A stretch of DNA of 64,000 nucleotides from Dehalococcoidia bacterium (GTDB lineage Bacteria; Chloroflexota; Dehalococcoidia; Bin125): the NCBI GenBank assembly GCA_963663895.2, contig CAXXRD010000001.1, positions 64,001 to 128,000 of the forward strand, given 5' to 3'. Each line of letters begins with the position of its first letter. Within the stretch, counting starts at the first letter, position 1. The position numbers and the translations under genes were made by a program. The notes under the pieces were generated by a model. It made no database searches, was not told where the DNA came from, and worked only from the letters and a program-made list of their open reading frames with translations. Positions 20,818 through 29,964 of this stretch are shown one piece after another.

Positions 20818-21621
20818 TCAGCGGCGGCCGCGCGCCAGGTAGACGCGCACAGCCATCGTGAGACCGTCGGAGAGCGCCGCCAGATCCTCGCGGTGCGCGG
20901 CCAGGATCGCCTCGCGCTTCTCAGCGGCGACGCTGTCGAAGCGCAACAGGAAAGCGAAGGCCCGCGCCAGCCGCCACCAGGCGTCAAAGGTTGGCAGCGT
21001 GACCTCCAGCGTGTGGTCTTCGATCTCGATCTCGTCGAACTCGGCGCGCAGCAGCCACTGGGCGACCGTCGCCGGCGCTTCGCCGAACGGTCGATGGATG
21101 AGAGGCGCCTCGAACCGTTCGAGCGTCGCTTGCAAGCGCTCTCCAAGCGGCGCCAGGAACGGATCCGCCCAGACGGTCGCGAGCAGGCGGCCCTCCGGCC
21201 GCAGGATGCGCGCGGCTTCGCGGACGACATGGACGGGCTCCTCGATATAGGGGAGGCCAAAGCCACAGAGCACCGCATCCACGCTGTGATCCGCGAAGTC
21301 GAGTCGGGCAGCGTCGGCCTGGACGAAGCGAAGCTTGCCCGCCGTCTCGGCTGCGGCGCCGCGCGCCAGGCGCAGCTGCGCCTCCGCGACATCGACCCCC
21401 ACCACCTCCCCTCCGGGGTCCACCTGCGGCGCCGCCCGCAGCGCCACGGTGCCCGGTCCGGTGGCAACGTCAACGATGCGCTGGCCGGGCTGCAAGGCCG
21501 CGCGATCCAGCAACAGCTCCGTGAAGTGCGGGAGAAAGCAGGCGCCGGCCGCGGCGTAATCGGCGCCCGTGTCATTGAAGGCGCGCGCGACCTGTTTCGT
21601 GAGCATGCGCGCGACGACCAT
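20818..21621 (-). CDS. Class I SAM-dependent methyltransferase (UbiE-like)
   Basis: IVDVATGPG, GVDVAEAQL, DAVLCGFGL, ARILRPEGR. Confidence 0.88.
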   Translation of the reverse strand: MVVARMLTKQVARAFNDTGADYAAAGACFLPHFTELLLDRAALQPGQRIVDVATGPGTVALRAAPQVDPGGEVVGVDVAEAQLRLARGAAAETAGKLRFVQADAARLDFADHSVDAVLCGFGLPYIEEPVHVVREAARILRPEGRLLATVWADPFLAPLGERLQATLERFEAPLIHRPFGEAPATVAQWLLRAEFDEIEIEDHTLEVTLPTFDAWWRLARAFAFLLRFDSVAAEKREAILAAHREDLAALSDGLTMAVRVYLARGRR

Positions 21622-21702
21622 GCACGGACCTCGTTTCCCATGGAATCCGCCACGGCCGGAAGAGCCAAGAAGATTGGGTTATACTGCACCAGGCACGCGC
21701 AG

Positions 21703-21779
21703 AGGAGTGTAGCTCAGTTTGGCAGAGCAACGGTCTCCAAAACCGTAGGCCGGGGGTTCGAGTCCCTCCACTCCTGCCA
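21703..21779 (+). tRNA. tRNA-Trp(CCA)
   Basis: AGGAGTGTAGCTCAG...CT-CCA-AA...GCCA. Confidence 0.96.
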
Positions 21780-21802
21780 GGGCGGGCCGACGCCAGACTT
21801 TC

Positions 21803-21890
21803 GCCGAGGTGGTGGAACTGGTAGACACGCAGCGTTGAGGGCGCTGTGCTCGTTAAGGGCGTAGGAGTTCGAGTCTCCTCCTCGGCACCA
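21803..21890 (+). tRNA. tRNA-Leu(GAG)
   Basis: GCCGAGGTGGTGGAACTGGTAGACAC...TT-GAG-GG; long variable arm. Confidence 0.96.
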
Positions 21891-21920
21891 AGTCCCCCAG
21901 AGTGCTTGGGGGCGCAGCGG

Positions 21921-21995
21921 GCGGAAGTGGCGCAGCGGTAGCGCGTCTCCTTGCCAAGGAGAAGGTCGCGGGTTCAAATCCCGTCTTCCGCTCCA
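21921..21995 (+). tRNA. tRNA-Gly(GCC)
   Basis: GCGGAAGTGGCGCAGCGGTAGCGC...TT-GCC-AA...TCCA. Confidence 0.96.
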
Positions 21996-22006
21996 AATCC
22001 TCTTGC

Positions 22007-22080
<74 letters not shown>

Positions 22081-22108
22081 CCCGTCTTGAATCACTCCGG
22101 CAGACAAG

Positions 22109-22462
22109 TCACTGCCGGACATGAGCCTCCCAAAAACTCCGGTAGTCCCGGCGGACTTTGTCGACGTATGGGCGCCGCTGGCTGACTAACTCCTCCTGCG
22201 AGAGCCCTTCAAACTGGATTCCCCGCTCTTTGGCACGACGAAAGTACTGGTTGTCGGCGACATTGCAGAACTGGCATGCGGTTACGATGAAGTCCGGATC
22301 GTCCCGCTTTGGATGGCCCTTGGGAAGAAGATGGTCCTCAGAGAGTGACAACCAACTCGCGAACGCTTCCTTGCCGTCAAGACCACAGTAACGACAAATA
22401 AATTTGTCTCGCTGCATTGTCGGAAAAGCATACCCTCGTAGAGAGTCATCGAATTTTCCCAC
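22109..22462 (-). CDS. Small stand-alone HNH endonuclease
   Basis: RDKFICRYCG...EDHLLP...IVTACQFCN; visibly more AT-rich than its flanks. Confidence 0.85.
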   Translation of the reverse strand: MGKFDDSLRGYAFPTMQRDKFICRYCGLDGKEAFASWLSLSEDHLLPKGHPKRDDPDFIVTACQFCNVADNQYFRRAKERGIQFEGLSQEELVSQRRPYVDKVRRDYRSFWEAHVRQ

Positions 22463-22619
22463 GGCCTTTTCAACTCCCTTTCCTGTCTGAAAGCCTCCAG
22501 TCGGTTAACGGCCAACCAAAGCTAGGTGCCGTGCGTCGAACGAACTAGCGGTAGGTAAACGGGATCGAGGAGCACTCAAGCGTAGGCCAGTGTGACCGGA
22601 ACTGGACACGAACTACCCT

Positions 22620-23318
22620 GTGACTGAGTGGGAATTAGCGGCAATGAGCGCACCCCTGAACTGGAACGCGCAGCTAGCGGCGATCACCGAAGAGCACGAA
22701 CCGCTGTTCCCCGCCGCCCTCATGGCGCGCGAGGAGCGCATGATCGCCGAGGTCAAGGCGGCGGGCACCGCGGACGGTCTCGCGGTCGGCGAGCAGGCGC
22801 CCGACTTCACGCTGGATAACGTCGCCGGCGGACGCTTCACGCTCTCCCAACACCTGCGCGGCGGAATCTCCGTGCTGAACTTCTACCGCGGGCAATGGTG
22901 CGTCTACTGCTCCTTCGAGCTGCGCGGCCTCCTCGAGATCCAGCCGACGGTCCGCCGGCAGGGCGCGGAGATCGTCATGATCTCGACCGAGCCCCGCACG
23001 GCCGCAACGGCGTTCGCGGCCGCGGATCCGACGCGGACGCCCGTCCTGCACGACGCCGACGGCGCCGTCGCACGGGCCTACAAGCTCCTCTACACGATCC
23101 CCGAGGATCTCCGCGCTTGGTGGATTCAGTACGACCAGGACCTGCCGGAGCTCAACCCCGCAGGCGGCTGGAACCTGCCGGTGCCGGGGACGTTTGTCGT
23201 GGACCCGGACGGGATCATTCGCGCGCGCCACGTCGACATGGACTGGCGCAAGCGGATGGACCCGCGCGACGTGCGCGCGGCGGTGCGCCGGATCGCCGCG
23301 GAGATGCTCCAGCGGTAA
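22620..23318 (+). CDS. Peroxiredoxin-like (AhpC/TSA) family protein
   Basis: GEQAPDFTL, FYRGQWCVYC, LPVPGTFVVDPDG. Start may be ATG 22644. Confidence 0.88.
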   Translation: MTEWELAAMSAPLNWNAQLAAITEEHEPLFPAALMAREERMIAEVKAAGTADGLAVGEQAPDFTLDNVAGGRFTLSQHLRGGISVLNFYRGQWCVYCSFELRGLLEIQPTVRRQGAEIVMISTEPRTAATAFAAADPTRTPVLHDADGAVARAYKLLYTIPEDLRAWWIQYDQDLPELNPAGGWNLPVPGTFVVDPDGIIRARHVDMDWRKRMDPRDVRAAVRRIAAEMLQR

Positions 23319-23334
23319 ACGCGCGCCGGATCCC

Positions 23335-24651
23335 CTAAGGCGAAGCCTCCGATGAAAGGCGCTGCGGCACGGGTGCGGGCAGCGCGGGCGGCAATCGCGT
23401 CGCCAAGAGGAACAGCAGACCGGCACAGCCGAACACCGCCAGCACCATCACGATCGCCAAGTCGTACTCGCCGGTGGCGTCGAAGATGGCGCCGGAGGCC
23501 GTCGGGCCGATGAGCATGCCGACCGTCTCGGCGACCGTGACGACGCCGTAGATCGTGGCGAAATGGGCCACGCCGAAGGAGCGCGTCAGCACGAGCGCTT
23601 GCAGCATCGCTCCACCGCTCCCGAACGAGATCACGAACAGCGTCAAGAACACCGCGATCGCGACCGGGCTCGTGTCCACCAGCAGGATCGCGAACGCCAC
23701 CGCAATGATCAGGTTGATGAGCGCGCCGCCGTATTCGAGCTTGCGAAACCGGTCGGCGAGCAGGCCCGCGCCCAGCCGGGAAAAGATGGCGAAGCCGGCG
23801 GTCATTGAGGTGAGACCAGCCGCCCAGCCGGGCGAGATGCCGACGGACTCGTAAAACGGCACGGAATGGACGATCCAGGAGACCATCGCGAAGGCGTAGA
23901 GGGTGAATCCAAAGGTGACCGCCCAGAAGAGACTGGTCCGCATCGCCTGGCCCAGCGTGAGCCCGGTCCGGCTGGCCGGGACCGGGGTACGCGGCCCTCC
24001 CTCTGGCCGCGCCACCGCATCCGCGCCGGGCGGCGGATCGTTGCGTATCACGATGAGGACGAGGGGAAGCAGGATCGCGGCCAACACGATGCTGATCGCA
24101 ATGAAGGCGCCGTCCCATTCGAGAGCATCGATCAGGACGCGCACGATCGGCACGAGCACCACCGCGCCCACCATCAATCCGGTCCCGGTGATGGCGATGG
24201 CGACGCTGCGGCGCCGCACGAACCAGCGCGAGGTCAGGGCCATGAACGGGACGAGGAAGATGAAGGTGCGGAAGCCTCCGTTCAAGGCCATGAACAGGTA
24301 CCACTGCCACTGGGCGTCGGTGGTGGCGAGGAGCAGGTAGGTTCCAGCCGTGCCGGCGATCCCGATGAAGAGGGAGAGCCGCGGCCCCTTGCGGTCGACG
24401 AGACGTCCTACGATCGGTCCGGCGATCCCCGCCGTCAGGAGCGACAGCGATACGCCCAAGGAGACGGCCGCGCGCGACCAGCCAAACTGCTCTTCCAAGG
24501 GCTCGATGAAGAGCCCGAATGACCAGAACGAGACGCCGTTGACGACGCCCACCCCCACGAAGGAGGCGGTCAGAACCCACCAGCCGTAGTAGGTGCGCGT
24601 CTTGCGGGCCGTCGCGGGAACGTCGAACGGCGCGCGCGCAGGATCGGTCAG
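23335..24651 (-). CDS. MFS transporter, probable CTG start
   Basis: GRLVDRKGPR motif A and multiple TM segments. The N-terminal YYGWWV lies upstream of the first GTG, and the CTG at 24651 has a GGAGGAGG SD. Confidence 0.88.
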   Translation of the reverse strand: MTDPARAPFDVPATARKTRTYYGWWVLTASFVGVGVVNGVSFWSFGLFIEPLEEQFGWSRAAVSLGVSLSLLTAGIAGPIVGRLVDRKGPRLSLFIGIAGTAGTYLLLATTDAQWQWYLFMALNGGFRTFIFLVPFMALTSRWFVRRRSVAIAITGTGLMVGAVVLVPIVRVLIDALEWDGAFIAISIVLAAILLPLVLIVIRNDPPPGADAVARPEGGPRTPVPASRTGLTLGQAMRTSLFWAVTFGFTLYAFAMVSWIVHSVPFYESVGISPGWAAGLTSMTAGFAIFSRLGAGLLADRFRKLEYGGALINLIIAVAFAILLVDTSPVAIAVFLTLFVISFGSGGAMLQALVLTRSFGVAHFATIYGVVTVAETVGMLIGPTASGAIFDATGEYDLAIVMVLAVFGCAGLLFLLATRLPPALPAPVPQRLSSEASP

Positions 24652-24938
24652 GCTGTCCTCCTCCGCCGGTTCCCGCTCAGCCTAGAGAGGTGCGGAGGCA
24701 TGGAGCGGCGCACTGTCACGCCGGACAACCTCACGCCGGGCAAACTGCTGATCGCATCTGGCGGCGGACGACCGTTGGTCAGGCACGACCTCTCCCGCGC
24801 GAGGCGACCGCACGCGGGCAGGGGCAAGCCGGTTGATTCTGCTTGCGGAGAGCGACCTAAGTGTGCGAGTGGCGGCCGGGATCTATTGGCTGGTCAAGGG
24901 AGCGATTTTGGCGTTTCATAGATGCGTCCGGCGCAGTG

Positions 24939-25024
24939 GCCGGGATGGCGGAATTGGTAGACGCGGCGGACTTAAAATCCGCTGGCCTTGCGCCGTGTGG
25001 GTTCGAATCCCGCTCCCGGCACCA
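24939..25024 (+). tRNA. tRNA-Leu(TAA)
   Basis: GCCGGGATGGCGGAATTGGTAGACGC...CT-TAA-AA...GGCACCA. Confidence 0.96.
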
Positions 25025-25141
25025 CCAAAAATACGTATGCTTAACGATACCGGCCGGGGAAGTGGAATCAGGCGCGCCGGCCGTGTCAGCAATGTGCGGC
25101 ACGACGCTCCGATCTCGCCGTCACGCGCAAAGGGAGAGCTT

Positions 25142-27361
25142 ATGCGCCGGTTGCTGATCTTGGCCGTTGTCGTGCTGATCGGGATCATGGCCACGGTGCC
25201 GCGCCTGCATGCGGAGGAGCCTAGAACCATCGCCGTGGAAGCGGGCGGGCAGATGGTCCTAGCGGACTTCACGACGACGGCCGCGGAGACGTTCACCACG
25301 GTCACGTCGGTGTCGCTCTGGGATGGCGAGGCCTGGAGCCTCGTCTACCGTCCCAGCACGGGAAGCACGGATTTTCCGATCAAGCCCGGGAGCTGGCTCT
25401 GGATCGTCTCGCCGGAGGCGCAAACGATTACGATCGCGGCCCCGCCCCCACCGCCGGGCCCGAGCCCTGGTGGCGCCCCGGAAGCGACAGCCGAATCCTG
25501 TGCCTTCGTCGATGGGGCGGCGCATGTCGCCGCCTCCACCGCGCAGGTGCTGACGCCGTACGGCACGGGAACGGCCTTCTACATCGGCACCGACGAGTGG
25601 CTGACCGCCGCCCACGTGGTCGCGGACGGGGGCCGGATTCGGCTGCGGACGGAGACGCGCGAGCTAGCGGCAACGGTCATTGGCCGCGACGACGCGGCGG
25701 ATCTCGCCTTGCTGCGGACCTCAGGCGCGGGCTTCATGCCGCTCGAGTTTGCCGACTACGACGCGCTGCGCCTTGGAGAGACGCTGGGAGCGGCAGGCTA
25801 CCCCATTCTCGTCACCGGTTCTGCCTCAGTGTCGGACGGCCTGCTCTCGAAGTTCGTGACCTACGACGGGATCGCGTACATCCAGACCAACGCCGAGATC
25901 AGTCCCGGCAACAGCGGCGGGCCGCTCTTCACCACCTGCGGCACGATCGTCGGCGTCAACGTGTGGAAGGTTGCTCACGTGCACACGGAGGGGATCAGCT
26001 TCGCCGTGACGATCCCAACGATCGAGACGCGGCTGCCGCGCTTGCGAGCAGGGGTGGGCCGGGGCAGCACACGCCCGGTGCCGAACGAATTGAAGTCCCT
26101 AGAGATTAGCGCGTTCTGTAGCCCACAACGGGATGAAGCTGGCGAATGGCAGGACTTCGAAACTGCTGCTGACTGCCAAATGGCAGGAGCAAGCAGCCTA
26201 CAGGTGGGCTGGGGTTGGCGTTGGAATATCTGGGCGAGAGGGGTCGAGGTGTGGGAAAATGTCGTCTATCGCGTCGACGGTGGCTCACCCGTCCCTAGGG
26301 ACGGCCTCACGAACGTGCTGAGCAGCCTGTCTCCCGGCGCACACAATATCGAAGCCAACGAGCAGCGTGGGGAGCAATGGACAGGCTGGAGCGCGCCCTA
26401 TCCGTTCACGATCGTGCGGGAGCTAGAGATCATTGCCATCTGCAACTACATCCCGGTGGAAGGGTCCTCGCGGTTCAGGCCTCCTACCACAGCCAGTGAG
26501 TGCCAGACCACAAGTGGAGCGGGTTTGCATGCGGGCGAGCTGCAGTATGAGTGGGTACGAGGAACAGTATCATCTCAGAACGTTGTTTTTCGTGTTGACG
26601 GCGGATCACCCGTTGGTTGGATAGATTTCGGACTCGATCTGTTGACTAGCCTTCCTTCTGGCCGCTACACGGTGCAAGTACGGGAGCAGCATCCGTGGGG
26701 TCAGACCGAGTGGAGCGCGCCCTACGAATTCACGCTCATTGGTCGGGAGCCAGAGATCACCGCGATCTGCAATAGCACCTGGGATGATGCCTCCGGTCAG
26801 TACGTGCCCTACGAAACAGCGGAAGAGTGCCATGCGGCCGGACTCAACGGAGTTGCTTTTGTCGGCGAGCGCTGGCACTGGTGGGGGCGGAACTTCAGCG
26901 AGTGGGAAGACCTCCAGCTAGGCATTGATGGAGGAGCTGTATTCAACGAAGCCGATGCAGCGGTTCATTTCAGACGTCTCGCCCCTGGGCAGCACTACCT
27001 TCACATCCGGGAACGGCTTGCAAACGGTGAGTGGACCGATTGGGGAGAGCCCTACTATTTCACGGTCAAGATCGTGCTGCGGGTGGCGATCTGTGATAAC
27101 GGCCCCGACTCGTTCTGGGATTGCTGGGCGGATGGGCGCGCTGGCATCCGCCGTGGCGCATGGGGCATTACCGCCTGGGGGAGTGTCTTGAATTACGATC
27201 AGGCCCGCTACAGCGTCAACGGTGGCGAAGCCGCGACGGGGAACACGATGAGAGCCATCGTTCGCAACCTGCCGCAGGGCACCCACACGATCCGCGTCGG
27301 CGAATTTCGCTCCTGGGGCTGGACCGGCTGGTCGCCGCCGTTCACCTTCACGATCCGGTGA
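25142..27361 (+). CDS. Secreted trypsin-like (S1) serine protease with four C-terminal FN3-like repeats
   Basis: Signal peptide MRRLLILAVVVLIG; triad motifs LTAAHV / DLALL / SPGNSGGPL; four repeats of ~94-109 aa. Confidence 0.88.
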   Translation: MRRLLILAVVVLIGIMATVPRLHAEEPRTIAVEAGGQMVLADFTTTAAETFTTVTSVSLWDGEAWSLVYRPSTGSTDFPIKPGSWLWIVSPEAQTITIAAPPPPPGPSPGGAPEATAESCAFVDGAAHVAASTAQVLTPYGTGTAFYIGTDEWLTAAHVVADGGRIRLRTETRELAATVIGRDDAADLALLRTSGAGFMPLEFADYDALRLGETLGAAGYPILVTGSASVSDGLLSKFVTYDGIAYIQTNAEISPGNSGGPLFTTCGTIVGVNVWKVAHVHTEGISFAVTIPTIETRLPRLRAGVGRGSTRPVPNELKSLEISAFCSPQRDEAGEWQDFETAADCQMAGASSLQVGWGWRWNIWARGVEVWENVVYRVDGGSPVPRDGLTNVLSSLSPGAHNIEANEQRGEQWTGWSAPYPFTIVRELEIIAICNYIPVEGSSRFRPPTTASECQTTSGAGLHAGELQYEWVRGTVSSQNVVFRVDGGSPVGWIDFGLDLLTSLPSGRYTVQVREQHPWGQTEWSAPYEFTLIGREPEITAICNSTWDDASGQYVPYETAEECHAAGLNGVAFVGERWHWWGRNFSEWEDLQLGIDGGAVFNEADAAVHFRRLAPGQHYLHIRERLANGEWTDWGEPYYFTVKIVLRVAICDNGPDSFWDCWADGRAGIRRGAWGITAWGSVLNYDQARYSVNGGEAATGNTMRAIVRNLPQGTHTIRVGEFRSWGWTGWSPPFTFTIR
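26099..27358 (+). repeat. Four diverged protein-level tandem domains starting at 26099, 26423, 26750 and 27077
   Basis: Each reads roughly [LP]xIxA[IF]C...C...W...[DN]GG...LxxGx[HY]...E...xTxW[SG]xP[YF]xFT. Confidence 0.85.
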
Positions 27362-27499
27362 GGGCGCTGATAGCGAGCTAGGGCAACAGTCGGCATTGCC
27401 GCCTGCGCTCGATCGGCGGCTAGAGGTAGCGCAGGGCTTCAGCGGCGCCATGGAGCCGGAGGTTCTCGCCACATGACGGAGGGAAGCCGCTAGCCGCAC

Positions 27500-27812
27500 T
27501 GGACGATTCCCGCCGTCCGCATAAATCGCGAGCGCGATCACCGCGTGCCGCTCTCGGCCCGCGCGATGGAGATTCTGCAGGAAGCGGGAGAGCGGGCGGG
27601 CGGCTCGGCGTTCGTACCCCGGCGTGCGCGGCGACGCGCTATCGCGCAGGCTCAAGCGGCTCAACGCGGGCGCAGTCCCGCGTGAAGTTGCCGAAGCCAC
27701 GCTAGCGCACAAGGAATCGAACAAGGCGATCGCTGCTTACGACCGCTCCGACTACCTAGACCAGCACCGCAAGCCGATGGCGGACTGGGCCGGATACTTG
27801 CAAGGTAATTAA
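27500..27812 (+). pseudogene. P4-like tyrosine integrase C-terminal remnant
   Basis: WTIPAVRINRERDHRVPLSARAMEIL, then a frameshift, then VPREVAEATLAH...AAYDRSDYLDQHRKPMADWAGYL. The HxxR box and the N-terminus are missing. Confidence 0.85.
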
Positions 27813-28113
27813 AGACTCTCTCTTTTGGAGAGCTTGTGAGAAAGGCCCAACGGGAGGGCAATTGACCAGATATTGTGTATTATGGATTTTTCAATGCACA
27901 TTTCCTTGCGTTTTGATAGCCGTTATGGTGACATTTTCTCCTGTCGCCTTCACGAGTCAGTCGTGCAGGCGGTCAGCGAAGAACGCACGGCCATCGACCT
28001 CATAGAGCGGTCGGACAGCGGCACTTTCTATCGTGGCAGCCCGATTCAGGTCACGGTCCCGGTCAAAGTCACGGTGCCTGTGGGCCAATAGATCATACCA
28101 TGAAAGGGACAGT

Positions 28114-28416
28114 ATGGACACTCAGATCTGCTCGGCCATCGAGAATCGCCAGGTACTAGCATTCAACTACGATGGTTACCCCCGCGTAGTTGAGCCTCAT
28201 GCTTATGGCCTGTCGAAAACCGGCAAGGATATGCTCCGAGCTTACCAAGTAGCAGGGGAGAGCAAGAGCGACCCAACGCTTGGCTGGCGCCCCTTCTTAG
28301 TCAAAAAGATCAAGAATCTCACGATTCTCGATCAAACATTCACAGGTACCAGGCCCCTGTATAACCCGGAGGACAAGAGTATGGTTCGGGTGTATTGCTG
28401 CCTGCCCCTCAACTAG
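28114..28416 (+). CDS. Stand-alone WYL-domain-like protein
   Basis: AIENRQVLAFNYDGYPRVVEPHAYG...LRAYQ...WRPFLVKKIKNL matches the WYL pattern; no HTH. Confidence 0.78.
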   Translation: MDTQICSAIENRQVLAFNYDGYPRVVEPHAYGLSKTGKDMLRAYQVAGESKSDPTLGWRPFLVKKIKNLTILDQTFTGTRPLYNPEDKSMVRVYCCLPLN

Positions 28417-28757
28417 AGTGGCGGACTACCTCAGAACTGACTGAACCAGGACGCGGGCTGCCCGGCAGCAAAGCGGGCGCTGAGAATCGCCGCAAGGATC
28501 AGCCGCTCGAATCCTCGAAGGACCGGCGCGGACTCGGATACCAGGACGTTCGCGCGGTACTGGTAGTCGCCTGTCAGCCAAATCCTCGCCCACCAGTAGC
28601 GCTAAGAATTAAGCGGATTCTGCCTCCTCAGGTGCCACCCAATCGCCCCTTCTGCGCGCAGTAGGCTCCTGCCACCTCAAGAAAAAACGCCACGGAGAAC
28701 ACGTCCACGGTGCCCCAGTACGACCAGGCTGAGATTGCGGTTTCGGGTTCCAACGTC

Positions 28758-29480
28758 CTACTGTGCCCTACGGGATGAAATGGATTGATTCATGCGGATC
28801 AAAGTCTCCGTGGTTTCCGTTGTTAGTTGTTGACCCCGATGAATCCATTTTTCGTCGAAATGGTTAAAGACCTCTTGAACATCCGCCACAGGACTTAATA
28901 GCATCTGGGCTATCATGATCAAGAAATAGAGATTCGTATCCAAATCAACGAGCGAAAAATAGCTCCCGGCGTGGAAGTAAGTGTTCCCACCTTCCGCGTG
29001 AATCAGCCATCGAAGACCAGTACTTCTCGGGTGGGCGAACTTACTGAGGGTTTCATATGCCTCCTGGCCAACCCTACCCGACTCCCCCAATTCATCAAAC
29101 ATAGCCTTGAACTTAGGTGCGTAATCGGTCGGTTGTTCATATTCTTCATATATATCCCATAGCCAGCGGTTTTCGTCGTCGGGGTGCTTATCCACCCAAC
29201 CGAGCGTTGCCCAGTCTTCCAAGGCACATCGGCAGAGAGCCATGGCTTGTACCGGATATCCAGTAACGGCAGCCTCTCTACCCATCCACATATTGTTGAA
29301 CGCTTCGGTGAGCAAAAGAATCTTAAGGAAGTTGACACCTTCATCGTGACGCTTTCCGCTCAAGTCTGCGGTACCGTCGTTACCGTGTACCAACAATGCA
29401 TCAAGTAGACGGAATTCCTTTTCTCTCTGGGTTAGCGATTGGCGACGGCTTTGTTCAGCTATTTCTTGAAGACTTGGCAT
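28758..29480 (-). CDS. DUF5677/HEPN-like hypothetical protein
   Basis: AT-rich 240-aa ORF with an AGGAG SD; motifs GYPVQAMALCRCALE and YETLSKFAHP. Confidence 0.7.
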   Translation of the reverse strand: MPSLQEIAEQSRRQSLTQREKEFRLLDALLVHGNDGTADLSGKRHDEGVNFLKILLLTEAFNNMWMGREAAVTGYPVQAMALCRCALEDWATLGWVDKHPDDENRWLWDIYEEYEQPTDYAPKFKAMFDELGESGRVGQEAYETLSKFAHPRSTGLRWLIHAEGGNTYFHAGSYFSLVDLDTNLYFLIMIAQMLLSPVADVQEVFNHFDEKWIHRGQQLTTETTETLIRMNQSISSRRAQ

Positions 29481-29510
29481 CTTTACTCCTAGAACCTGTT
29501 GCCGGACGGC

Positions 29511-29603
29511 CTAGGCAGACTCCCTTACCGACCCGGCCTCCGGCCGCTCCGTAATCCACCGCTCGATATCGCTCTCAGACCACGCAACGGTGCGCTGCCG
29601 AAG
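29511..29603 (-). pseudogene. AlpA-family phage regulator/excisionase C-terminal remnant
   Basis: Manual translation LRQRTVAWSESDIERWITERPEAGSVRESA*, resembling the AlpA RxVAWxESxIxxWI motif. In-frame stop upstream and no start. Confidence 0.62.
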
Positions 29604-29964
29604 TCAGTAGAAGAACCGCTTTCGATCTCCATGATCTGCCCGGCTACCATCCACTGGTCCCATCGCCTTTCTGCGCCAGTACCGGCAGTCACTTGCACGA
29701 AACCGGAAGAGCTACAGGCGCCGGTAAACACCTCCTCAAAGTCGGGGAAGGTACAGCGATAGGGAGGCGGGAGTAGTGGGGAAGTAGATTCGGGGGCTGC
29801 CAGGTCGGCGTCCAGGCTGGAAGAGTGACTCTGCAAAACGACGCCCCACGTTACGAGCACTTCCTCAGCGCAGCCGGGCATGCGACATCCGAACGGACCC
29901 CATCGTCCGCACGTAAACGACTGAGAGGGGACTGACAGCCTAGAGCGTCCCTGGCCTGGCAGGC

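Noticed and set aside
22500-22560. Possible attC/attI site upstream of the HNH gene
   Set aside because: GTTAACC does not fit GTTRRRY and no matching inverse core or boxes were found.
24833-25141. N-terminal extension of the 842-aa ORF
   Set aside because: It runs through tRNA-Leu(TAA). The signal peptide and SD place the start at 25142.
26099-27358. Possible DGR target/template or CRISPR-like repeats
   Set aside because: The repeats are diverged at DNA level, show no adenine-specific pattern, and no RT or cas genes are present.
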